64,000 bases of DNA from an uncultured Actinomycetota bacterium (GTDB lineage Bacteria; Actinomycetota; Actinomycetes; Streptosporangiales; Streptosporangiaceae), in assembly GCA_963771985.1 (NCBI GenBank), contig CAVYVO010000032.1:5019-69018 (forward strand), read 5' to 3'. Within the stretch, counting starts at the first letter, position 1; every line of letters begins with the position of its first letter. This document shows, piece by piece, positions 8,913-17,121 of the stretch. The position numbers were made by a program, and so were the translations under genes. The notes under the pieces were generated by a model, which was given only the letters and a program-made list of their open reading frames with translations, was not told the origin of the DNA and made no database searches.

Positions 8913-10118
8913 CTAGAAACCCGTGAGAGGGTTCTCGTCGCAATCCCGACGAGGCGGGCGCCGGCCGATCGTCACAGGCACCGTGCGGTGGGAGTGATCA
9001 ACCGAAGGCTTGGGAGTATCACCCGAAACGGAAGCGAGCGCGGCTGAGCCGTACCCTTGCACGCACTCCGGATCCGGCCCGTCGAGCGGCAGGCCGGTGA
9101 AGAACTTCGCCGCCATGCAGCCGCCGCGGCACGAGTCGTAGTGCCCGCACGAGCGGCACGCTCCCCCGGTGTCCGGGGCGCGCAGGGACTGGAACAGATC
9201 CGACGTCCGCCACACCGACTCGAACCCGCCCGGTTCCCGCACGTTCCCCGCCAGGAACTGCGAGTGGATCGCGAACGGGCAGGCGTACACGTCGCCCACC
9301 GGGTCGATCAGGCAGACGACCCGGCCGGCGCCGCACAGGTTCAGCCCGGGCAGCGCGGAGCCGTAGGCGGACAGGTGGAAGAACGAGTCGCCGGTCAGTA
9401 CCCGCTCGCCGTGCGCGACGAGCCAGTCGTAAAGTTCCCGCTGCTGCTCCGCGGTCGGGTGCAGCTCGTGCCATACGTCGGCGCCCCGCCCCGACGGACG
9501 CAGCCGGGTCAGCCGGAGCTGGGCGCCGAACCGGTCCGCGATTGTCTTGAACGCGTTCAATTGAGGGATGTTCTGCCTGGTTATGACCACGGAGAGCTTG
9601 AAGTTACGGAACCCGCCGTCACTAAGGTTCTCCATCGCCCGCATCGCGATGGCATGCGATCCGGGGCCGCGCACCGCGTCGTTCACCTCGGCGGTCGCGC
9701 CGTCCAGCGAGATCTGCACGTCTACGTAGTCGCTCGCGGCCAGCCGCGCGGCCACCTCCGGGGTGATCTTCACGCCGTTGGTGGAGAACTTCACGCCCAC
9801 GCGGTGCGCGGTCGCGTAGTCCACGAGCTCCCAGAAGTCCGGCCGGACGGTCGGCTCGCCGCCGCCGATGTTGACGTAGAAGACCTGCATCCGCTCCAGC
9901 GTGTCGATGACCCGCTTGCACTCGTCCGTCGTCAGCTCGCGCGGGTCACGGCGCCCGGACGACGACAGGCAGTGCACGCACGACAGGTTGCAGGCGTAGG
10001 TGAGCTCCCACGTCAGGCAGATCGGCGCGTCCAGGCCGAGCTGGAACAGGTCCACCAGCCGCCCCGGTGCCGCGGCGGAGATACCAGCCTGCACAGCGGC
10101 TTCTTGGGTGAGCGTCAT
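8913..10118 (-). CDS. mftC: Mycofactocin radical SAM maturase MftC
   Basis: GLDAPICLTWELTYACNLSCVHCLSSSGRRDP; SPASM cysteines CGAGRVVC..C..CRSC..CRGGCMAAKFFTGLPLDGPDPEC. Confidence 0.97.
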   Translation of the reverse strand: MTLTQEAAVQAGISAAAPGRLVDLFQLGLDAPICLTWELTYACNLSCVHCLSSSGRRDPRELTTDECKRVIDTLERMQVFYVNIGGGEPTVRPDFWELVDYATAHRVGVKFSTNGVKITPEVAARLAASDYVDVQISLDGATAEVNDAVRGPGSHAIAMRAMENLSDGGFRNFKLSVVITRQNIPQLNAFKTIADRFGAQLRLTRLRPSGRGADVWHELHPTAEQQRELYDWLVAHGERVLTGDSFFHLSAYGSALPGLNLCGAGRVVCLIDPVGDVYACPFAIHSQFLAGNVREPGGFESVWRTSDLFQSLRAPDTGGACRSCGHYDSCRGGCMAAKFFTGLPLDGPDPECVQGYGSAALASVSGDTPKPSVDHSHRTVPVTIGRRPPRRDCDENPLTGF

Positions 10119-10399
10119 ACACGCGTCCGTTCGGTAATCATGTGCGAGTCAGCGAGGGCGGCGAGCGCCTTGGTGTAGACGGGGAGTTCCGCCTCCGTCA
10201 CGCCGGCCGCCGCGCAGGCGGCCCGGGCGCTGGGATGGTCGGCCAGCGACCGGACCACCGCCAGCACCCGCTGGTTCTTCAGGAAGGACAGCCGCCGGGT
10301 GCCGAAGTGATACAGCAGCGCGCCGAACGGCTCGGGGCGCATCGACACGCGCGGATCGACCTGCCAGGGGCGGTCGATGTCGAACCCGTCAGTAGACAC
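10115..10399 (-). CDS. mftB: Mycofactocin chaperone MftB (RRE)
   Basis: RPEPFGALLYHFGTRRLSFLKN signature. The GTG start overlaps the end of mftA. Confidence 0.95.
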   Translation of the reverse strand: MSTDGFDIDRPWQVDPRVSMRPEPFGALLYHFGTRRLSFLKNQRVLAVVRSLADHPSARAACAAAGVTEAELPVYTKALAALADSHMITERTRV

Positions 10400-10484
10400 C
10401 GCACATGCCGTCGATCGAGACCTCCTCGACCAGGAGCTCGTCGCCATGAAGCGTCTCTTCCGCCTGCTCCGCCTGCTCGGCCAT
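10389..10484 (-). CDS. mftA: Mycofactocin precursor peptide MftA (31 aa; absent from the ORF track)
   Basis: Manual translation gives MAEQAEQAEETLHGDELLVEEVSIDGMCGVY*, with the invariant IDGMCGVY C-terminus and a GGAGG RBS upstream. Confidence 0.97.
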   Translation of the reverse strand: MAEQAEQAEETLHGDELLVEEVSIDGMCGVY

Positions 10485-10503
10485 GCGCACCTCCGGAGAT
10501 TAG

Positions 10504-10557
10504 TGGCACCAAGTGCCAGGACTGGAACCTGGGACGAGCCTAAAGGCACCAGGTGCC
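10504..10557. promoter_or_regulatory. Two candidate MftR operators
   Basis: Dyads TGGCACCAAGTGCCA (10504-10518) and GGCACCAGGTGCC (10545-10557) between the divergent mftA and mftR. They resemble the GGCA-N5-TGCC MftR site described in mycobacteria. Confidence 0.7.
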
Positions 10558-10617
10558 GAAATCAATGTCACCGACACACAGTTATCGGACATGCCGGGTT
10601 GTGGTGCCGTAAAATCG

Positions 10618-10641
10618 GCAGCAGCAGCAGCAGCAGCAGCA
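10618..10641 (+). repeat. (GCA)8 simple sequence repeat upstream of mftR
   Basis: Directly visible in the sequence. Confidence 0.9.
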
Positions 10642-10654
10642 TGTCCACGGGACG

Positions 10655-11269
10655 GTGATACCAGTGCCGGCAGAGGCCCGGGCCGGCCACCCCGGACGCA
10701 AGCGGGTGACATCGCGCGCGGAGCTCGAGCAAACGGCGTTCGCCCTGTTCGCGGCCCGCGGGTTCGACGCCACGACGGTGGACGAGATCGCGGCGGCGGC
10801 GGGGATCGGGCGGCGCACGTTCTTCCGCTACTTCCCGTCGAAGAACGACATCCCGTGGGGAGCTTTCGAAGCGGAGCTCGAGCGGATGCAGGTCCGGCTG
10901 AAGGCCTGCCCGCCGGAGGTTCCGCTGATGGACGCCATCAGGATGGCGCTCATCGACTTCAACCAGGTCTCCCCCGCCCAGGTGCCGCTGCACCGGCGGC
11001 GGATGGAGCTGATCTTGCGGGTGCCCGCGCTGCTGGCCCACTCCACGCTGCGCTTCACCGCCTGGCGGCAGGTCGTCGCCGAGTTCGTCGCGCAGCGCTC
11101 CGGCCGCCGGGCCGACGAGCTGGCACCGCAGGTCATCGCCCACGCCGTTCTCGGGGTCGCCGTCGCCGCGTACGAGCAGTGGCTCGACGACCCGGCCGCG
11201 GACCTCGGCACGCTGCTCGACGACGGGATGCGCCAGCTGGACGCGGCCTTCACCGGGAGCCTGCGATAG
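10655..11269 (+). CDS. mftR: Mycofactocin system TetR regulator MftR
   Basis: TetR HTH GFDATTVDEIAAAAGIGRRTFFRYFPSKNDIPWG; MftR-type C-domain HRRRMELILRVPALLAHSTLRF. Confidence 0.93.
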   Translation: MIPVPAEARAGHPGRKRVTSRAELEQTAFALFAARGFDATTVDEIAAAAGIGRRTFFRYFPSKNDIPWGAFEAELERMQVRLKACPPEVPLMDAIRMALIDFNQVSPAQVPLHRRRMELILRVPALLAHSTLRFTAWRQVVAEFVAQRSGRRADELAPQVIAHAVLGVAVAAYEQWLDDPAADLGTLLDDGMRQLDAAFTGSLR

Positions 11270-11994
11270 GCGCGCTGCTCGCGCGCGCCCGCTGGCCCGA
11301 GATCGAAGACGGGCCGCGGCGGCTCCTCGTCGTGCCGCTCGGCTCCCTGGAGCAGCACGGGCCGCACCTGCCGCTGGACACCGACACGCGGATCGCCTGT
11401 GCCGTGGCGTCGCGGGCGTGCGCGCCGCGGGCCGGCGTCGGGCTCGCGCCGCCGGTCGCGATCGGGGCGAGCGGCGAGCACGCGGACTTCCCCGGCACGC
11501 TGTCGGTCGGCACTGTCGCGCTGACGAGCTTGCTGGTCGAGCTCGGGCGGCACGCGAGCCTGCACTGGCCGGCGATGCTGCTGGTCAACGGGCACGGCGG
11601 GAACGCGCCGGCGATCCGGGACGCGGCGGGTCTGCTGCGGAGCGAAGGACGCGAGTGTCATGTGTGGCATGCGGGGCTGCGGCCTGGCGCGGCGGCCGCC
11701 GCGGGCCTTCCGGACGTCGCCGACGCGCACGCCGGGCGGATGGAGACGTCGGTCATGCTGGCGCTCGCCCCCGACGACGTGCTGACGGCGGCCGCCGCGC
11801 CAGGCGAGACCCGGCCGCTGGCCGAGATCATGCCGGCCTTGCGGGCCGACGGCGTCCGCGCGGTCAGCGCGAACGGCGTCCTCGGCGACCCTTCGGGCGC
11901 CTCGGCGGCGGAAGGAGCGGCGCTGCTCGGGCTGCTCGTCGCGGACTTGAGCGAGACGCTGGATAGGCTGCTCGCCGGAGGGACGAATGACTGA
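11266..11994 (+). CDS. mftE: Mycofactocin peptidase MftE (creatininase family)
   Basis: VPLGSLEQHGPHLPLDTD, GASGEHADFPGTLS, NGHGGN, DAHAGRMETS, VSANGVLGDP. The start codon is non-canonical or uncertain (ATA at 11266). Confidence 0.92.
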   Translation: MGALLARARWPEIEDGPRRLLVVPLGSLEQHGPHLPLDTDTRIACAVASRACAPRAGVGLAPPVAIGASGEHADFPGTLSVGTVALTSLLVELGRHASLHWPAMLLVNGHGGNAPAIRDAAGLLRSEGRECHVWHAGLRPGAAAAAGLPDVADAHAGRMETSVMLALAPDDVLTAAAAPGETRPLAEIMPALRADGVRAVSANGVLGDPSGASAAEGAALLGLLVADLSETLDRLLAGGTND

Positions 11995-12766
11995 GCGGCT
12001 CGCCGTCGTGACGGGGGCGGCGCGGGGCATGGGCGCGGCGGTCGCGCGGCGGCTCGCGGCGGACGGCTGGTCGCTGGCGCTCGTCGACGCGTGCGCCCCG
12101 CAGCCCCCGCTGGACTACCCGATGCCGTCGCCGGCGGACCTGGACGCCGTGGCGAACTCGTGCCGGGCGGCAGGGGCGCCTGTCGTCGGCACGCTCGTCG
12201 CCGACGTTAGCGACGGCGCGGTCCGCGGGAAGATCCGCGACCTGCTCGGCGGCCGGACGCCGGACGCGGCCGTCGCGGTGGCCGGCGTCATCGCCGGCGA
12301 TCTCGCGTGGGACGTCCCGGACGACGTGTTCGACCTGATGCTGCGGGTGAACCTGTCCGGCGTCAGGCACCTGGCCGAGGCGTGCGTGCCGCCGATGGTG
12401 GCCGCCGGATCCGGCAAGTTCGTCGCGGTCTCCTCCGCCGCGGCGCTGCGCGCGATGCCGCGGCTCGCCGCGTACTCGGCCGCGAAGGCGGCCGCCCTCG
12501 CGTATACGCGGGCGATGGCCGCCGACCTCGCCGGCACCGGCGTGACCGCGAACATCGTCTGCCCGGGCTCGACCCGCGGCGTGATGCTCGAGGCCAGCGC
12601 GGCCGTCTACGACCTGCCGTCCCAGGACACCTTCGCCGGCCAGGCGCTGCTGCGCCGCCTCCTGGAGCCTGGCGAGGTGGCGGCGGCGATCGCCTGGCTC
12701 TGCTCACCCGCTTCCGGCGCCCTCACCGGAGCGGTGATTCCCGTTGACGCCGGCCTTTCCGCGTAG
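11987..12766 (+). CDS. Mycofactocin-coupled SDR oxidoreductase
   Basis: TGAARGMG, the mycofactocin-SDR insert DACAPQPPLDYPM, and YxxxK (YSAAK). Overlaps mftE. Confidence 0.88.
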   Translation: MTERLAVVTGAARGMGAAVARRLAADGWSLALVDACAPQPPLDYPMPSPADLDAVANSCRAAGAPVVGTLVADVSDGAVRGKIRDLLGGRTPDAAVAVAGVIAGDLAWDVPDDVFDLMLRVNLSGVRHLAEACVPPMVAAGSGKFVAVSSAAALRAMPRLAAYSAAKAAALAYTRAMAADLAGTGVTANIVCPGSTRGVMLEASAAVYDLPSQDTFAGQALLRRLLEPGEVAAAIAWLCSPASGALTGAVIPVDAGLSA

Positions 12767-12789
12767 ACCAGCGGCACCGGCCAGCCCGT

Positions 12790-13121
12790 GGCAGGCCCGC
12801 CCGCCCGCACTCGCCCGCCTGGCCCGCATCCGCGCGGTGCTGGCCGCCCGGATGTGGCTGTCGGCCATGCCGGAATGGTCTGGCGGGCAGGCCTGGTGGA
12901 GCTGCGAGCGGACCATCCGGGCCGCCGCCCCCGGCACCGGCACCGGGCACCTGCCCGATGCCGAGGTGCTGTGGCCCTCCGTCGCGGGCAGCCCGTATGA
13001 CGGGCAGGCCTGGGCGGTCGAGGTGGAGCTGACGCCCAAGCCGGCCGCGCGGGTGACCCGGATCATCTCAGGGCTGCTGTCCGGCCAGTACGCGAAAATC
13101 GGGAAGCGTGCGGCTCGTTGA
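12790..13121 (+). pseudogene. Fragment of a replication-relaxation-like PD-(D/E)xK protein
   Basis: W.CER.IR...HLPDAEV...WAVEVELTPK motif set; no N-terminus. Confidence 0.55.
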
Positions 13122-13557
13122 TGCGAACCATGGGTAACACCTCCGGAGTCCTTCATGCCTCTGAGGCGGACATGACCGGCGTCCCGTGGGGCAAATTGAA
13201 TGAGGATATGCCGCAAGCTCTGCGTAGGTTTCAGGCCGCTGCGCGGGCCGAACTGGGCGTGGACCGCTCAGGGGCGCAAACATCTGATCCGTAGCAACGT
13301 GCACTGGGGTGACAAGCCCGGACAGCATGTGACGGATCACGCACAAACGGCCAGGTCATAGCCCCCCATTTCGTCCTCCAACGTTGCGGGAGCACTGGTC
13401 ACGAGCGCAGTGGATTTCTCGCTGATTACACTGTTAATACAGTCGCATCGTCCACTGAATTCACATATTCGACATATGCGGGTCATCGCATGGTAGGGAA
13501 CCGTTTGAACGCGGCCCATACGTTCCAGGGATCGATTCTGGCGAAGGGAACGAACAT

Positions 13558-15348
13558 TTGAACTCGGGAACGAAATTCGCGATAGCGGGAGTCGCTGCGT
13601 TGGCGATCGCGACGCCGTTGGTGGGGTCTCCCTCCAGCGCCGTGGCTGCCGGCCACGCTCAGATCAAGCACGTGCTGCTGATATCGGTCGACGGCATGCA
13701 CCAGTCCGATCTGGACTGGTACGTCGCCCATCATCCCAACTCGGAGCTCGCGCGGCTGGCCACCGGCGGCGCTGAATACACCGACGCGCAGACCGCCGAC
13801 CCGTCGGACTCCGATCCGGGCGGCACGGCGCTGATGACCGGCGGCGACCCGAAGGTCACCGGCATCTACTACGACGACGAGTACAGCCACGGCGTCTTCC
13901 CGCCGGGGACGACGAACTGCTCCGGGCCGGTCCCGGGCGGCGACGTGATCTACGACTCGCCGGACGACAAGCTTCCGGCCGTGCCGGACCTGCTGCATAA
14001 CGGGAGCGGCAACACCTTTCCCTCGTTCGATGAGGGCGGCTCGATCTACCCGGGCGGCATTGACACCAACCCGGGCTTGATCATGAACCTGAGTCCGCAC
14101 CCGCAGTCGGGTCTGAACCCGGCGACGTACCCGGTCAATCCGAAGACCTGCAAGCCGATTCAGCCGTGGGACTACCTGGGGGTCAACACGATCTTCCAGG
14201 TGATCCACAACGCCGGCATGCGAACGGCCTGGTCTGACAAGCACGCGATCTACACGTCGTTCAACGGCCCGGGCTCGAACGGCATGAGCATCGACGACTT
14301 CTTCGGGCCGGAGATCGACTCGCAGGCGGTCGAGCCGAACGGCGTGCCGTACCCGGTCGACGGCGCGTGGACGGCCGACAACGCCGCGACCAAGCAGTAC
14401 GATTCCTACAAGGTCCAGGCGGTCATCAATTGGATCAACGGCTACGACCACTCCGGCACCGGGCCGAAGGTCGGCACGCCGGCGATCTACGGGATGAACT
14501 TCCAGACAGTCTCGACCGCCGAGAAGCTGAAGAGCTCCCCGGCGGTGCTGATTGGCCCGAACGCGCAGGGCAACTACACCGACGGACCGTCGCTGCGCGG
14601 CGGGTACGTGACCGTGGACGGCCAACAGGTGCCGGGCCCGCTGCTCCAGAGCGCGCTCGACTACGTCAACGACGCCCTGCAGCGGATGGCCGACACGATC
14701 CGGGCCGACGGCGAGGCCGACTCGACGGCGATCATCCTGACGGCCAAGCACGGCCAGTCGCCGCTGAACAACAACCAGCTGCAGCGGATCGACGACGGCC
14801 CGATCATTGCCGGCGTCAACGCCGCCTGGGCCGCACAGCATCCGAGCAGCCCGACGCTGGTCGTCCAAGAGGCCGACGACGACGGGCTGCTGTGGTGGCT
14901 GTCAGACCGCCCGCAGGCGGCGGCTGACTTCGTCAAGAACTACCTGTGGACGCATACCGCCCCGGCGGTCAACTACGCCGGCCAGACGATCACCGTCCAG
15001 CACTCCGGCCTGCGGGAGATCTTCGCCGGCCACCAGGCCGCGCACTTCTTCGGCGTACCGTACTCCGACCCGCACCACCCGGACGTGTTCGGGATCGCGC
15101 AGGTCGGCACGATCTATACGACCGGCACGAAGATCGCCGAGCACGGCGGCGACAACCCGGGCGATCGGGACGTTCCGCTCGTCGTCTATGCGCCGGGCAC
15201 CGTCCAGCCTCGCCAGTCAAGCCACCCGGTGGAAACGACCCAGGTCGCTCCGACGATCTTGAAGCTGCTAGGACTCTGTCCGAGCTCGCTTCAGGCCGTC
15301 CAGCGAGAGGGCACGCAAGTCCTGCCCGGCCTCGGCAACGGGGATTAA
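13558..15348 (+). CDS. Secreted alkaline-phosphatase-superfamily (type I phosphodiesterase/nucleotide pyrophosphatase) protein
   Basis: Signal peptide; HVLLISVDGMH, PSDSDPG, IILTAKHGQ, AEHGG..DRDVPLV, QVAPTIL. Confidence 0.88.
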   Translation: MNSGTKFAIAGVAALAIATPLVGSPSSAVAAGHAQIKHVLLISVDGMHQSDLDWYVAHHPNSELARLATGGAEYTDAQTADPSDSDPGGTALMTGGDPKVTGIYYDDEYSHGVFPPGTTNCSGPVPGGDVIYDSPDDKLPAVPDLLHNGSGNTFPSFDEGGSIYPGGIDTNPGLIMNLSPHPQSGLNPATYPVNPKTCKPIQPWDYLGVNTIFQVIHNAGMRTAWSDKHAIYTSFNGPGSNGMSIDDFFGPEIDSQAVEPNGVPYPVDGAWTADNAATKQYDSYKVQAVINWINGYDHSGTGPKVGTPAIYGMNFQTVSTAEKLKSSPAVLIGPNAQGNYTDGPSLRGGYVTVDGQQVPGPLLQSALDYVNDALQRMADTIRADGEADSTAIILTAKHGQSPLNNNQLQRIDDGPIIAGVNAAWAAQHPSSPTLVVQEADDDGLLWWLSDRPQAAADFVKNYLWTHTAPAVNYAGQTITVQHSGLREIFAGHQAAHFFGVPYSDPHHPDVFGIAQVGTIYTTGTKIAEHGGDNPGDRDVPLVVYAPGTVQPRQSSHPVETTQVAPTILKLLGLCPSSLQAVQREGTQVLPGLGNGD

Positions 15349-15359
15349 CCGCTCCATCT

Positions 15360-15730
15360 AGTCGGGCTGCGGGGCGGCTCCCAGCCGCCCCGCAGCTCAG
15401 CACTCGTCCCGGAGGTTCCATGAGGCTCAGCCAGCCGGTGGTGGGCATCGGGACGTAAGGGCCGTAAGTCGATGACAAGGCCGGTGCTGGTGGGTTTCTC
15501 AGCAGAGGAGGCGCTTGCGGCTGGAGGTCAGCACGGCCAGTGACGGGACCGAGCCTGGAGGCCTGAGAGGAACCGAGCCGACAGGCGAGTGCGGGACCTG
15601 ATCAACCCGTACTCGACAGCGTTCGCCAGCTGGTGGTGTCATTCCGCCTGGGACTCCCACGGCCCGCGGTTCCTCGGGTGCTCGGCGGACCATCAGAGGG
15701 TTCCCAGTCCTGTCCGTCTTTCCCGCAGGC
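15360..15730 (-). other. Structured non-coding segment resembling an IS110-family non-coding end, without a transposase
   Basis: No credible ORF; strong hairpin CTGCGGGGCGGCT-CCC-AGCCGCCCCGCAG (15368-15396). Similarity to leaders of actinobacterial IS110 transposases is from recall only. Confidence 0.4.
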
Positions 15731-15785
15731 GCCGACCCCTGGCGACGCGGCGGCCGGGAGCAGGACGCCGCGCGTGCTCCGCGCG

Positions 15786-15820
15786 CCCCGGACCCCGGAC
15801 CCCGGACCCCGGACCCCGGA
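15786..15820 (+). repeat. (CCCCGGA)-type 6-7-bp tandem repeat
   Basis: ccccgga ccccgga cccgga ccccgga ccccgga. Confidence 0.75.
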
Positions 15821-16131
15821 GACCAAGCCTGCCCCGCCGGCCACGCCGGCCAGGCACGGGCAACCGCGCGGCCAGCCCTAAAGCCAGAGCAGAAGCGCAG
15901 GTCAGAGCAGCTACGGCAGTCAGCAGGAGTCAGGACAAAGTCAGGAAACCGTGCAGGACAGAATCGGACTTAAGGGTATATAACAGGCCTTAACCGGACA
16001 TGCATTAAGACATGTGGAGACGTTCGAATCAACCGTCTGACGTGCTTTTAAGCACTATTACGACACGCCCCGGCCGACAGGCCGAACAGCTTGACAGATT
16101 CGGCAATCGGCCCGTTAGATGGGAGCGCGGA

Positions 16132-17058
16132 TCACAGCTCACGCGCCGCGGTGATCGCTGAGTGGATCTCCTGGGCGATCCGGCGTGCGAGTAGGGGTCT
16201 GTCGCCCGCCGTCTCGGTGGCGGTGCCGACCAGTTCCGCGTGCTGAGTTCCGCCCGCGAGCAGTCGCGGAGCCACGACGAAGAACTGGTAAGGAGCGTAG
16301 ACCGCGCTGGTGACGACAAGGGCCCGTCGCCTATGACCTGGCGGCACGCGGCGGATGAGGTAATCCACTGAATCCCTCGTGTCGGCCCGTCGTAGTGCGC
16401 TGCGGGATGGGGCGACGAGGATCCGGACCGGCCGACCGGCCGGGCTCGTGAATTCATGGTCCAAGGCCGTCTGGAATTCACCGGGCTGGTCATCAAGCGC
16501 ATAGCGGCCTGCCGCGTCACAGCCGAATACCCTGCCGATCTCGTCCAGGAGGTTCTGCCACTCACTGTTCCCAGCCGCTGGCCGCTGACCGGTAACCCGC
16601 TCGCTGGCCGTGAGCGGACGGTGTGCGGCCAGCCCGGCTATGGTGCCGAGGTCGACGCCGCGCCGGTCGAGGTCACCTGCGAGAGCGACCCGCAGCCGGT
16701 TGCCGACGGCTGTCCCGCCGAGGATTACGGTCAGGTCATAGCCGCGTAGTTCCGGGCCGCGAGTAGCAAGCAGTCCGAGGGCGCGGCCCGCGTCAATGAG
16801 AAGCGGGACCGCGTCCTCGGGCAGCGTCGCCATCGCCACCTCGTGGCGCTCGGCGCCGCCGCGAGTGTCCAGCACCCGCTGGGACCACCGTGCGATTGCC
16901 GCCAGGTCGTCGGGGGTCGCCCGGATGTCGGGGCCGCCGAGAGCACTCGAGAGGTCAGCCAGAGCTGGACTGGCCAGCCAGCGGGCGGCGGCGGACAGCA
17001 CATCGCCGAGCCGCTCCGCCCGCCACGCCGGAGGTGCCAGCGGGTCCGTGATGCTCAT
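16132..17058 (-). CDS. Uncharacterised protein, possibly YdcF/DUF218-like (HUP) fold
   Basis: 308-aa ORF with LTVILGG..N.LR, RADTRDS and LVVTSAVYAPYQ. The fold assignment is inference. Confidence 0.6.
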   Translation of the reverse strand: MSITDPLAPPAWRAERLGDVLSAAARWLASPALADLSSALGGPDIRATPDDLAAIARWSQRVLDTRGGAERHEVAMATLPEDAVPLLIDAGRALGLLATRGPELRGYDLTVILGGTAVGNRLRVALAGDLDRRGVDLGTIAGLAAHRPLTASERVTGQRPAAGNSEWQNLLDEIGRVFGCDAAGRYALDDQPGEFQTALDHEFTSPAGRPVRILVAPSRSALRRADTRDSVDYLIRRVPPGHRRRALVVTSAVYAPYQFFVVAPRLLAGGTQHAELVGTATETAGDRPLLARRIAQEIHSAITAAREL

Positions 17059-17121
17059 GCCGCTCCGAGTTTATTGGCTAAGCTGTCGGTCCTGGCGCTG
17101 ACTGGGAAGCGGGGAGAGCCG

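Noticed and set aside
10513..11994. 493-aa ORF suggesting an N-terminally extended MftE
   Set aside because: The upstream part is an off-frame shadow of mftR in high-GC DNA.
15368..15396. Rho-independent terminator of the phosphodiesterase gene
   Set aside because: A strong hairpin is present but has no U-tract, and it may belong to the adjacent structured element; not called separately.
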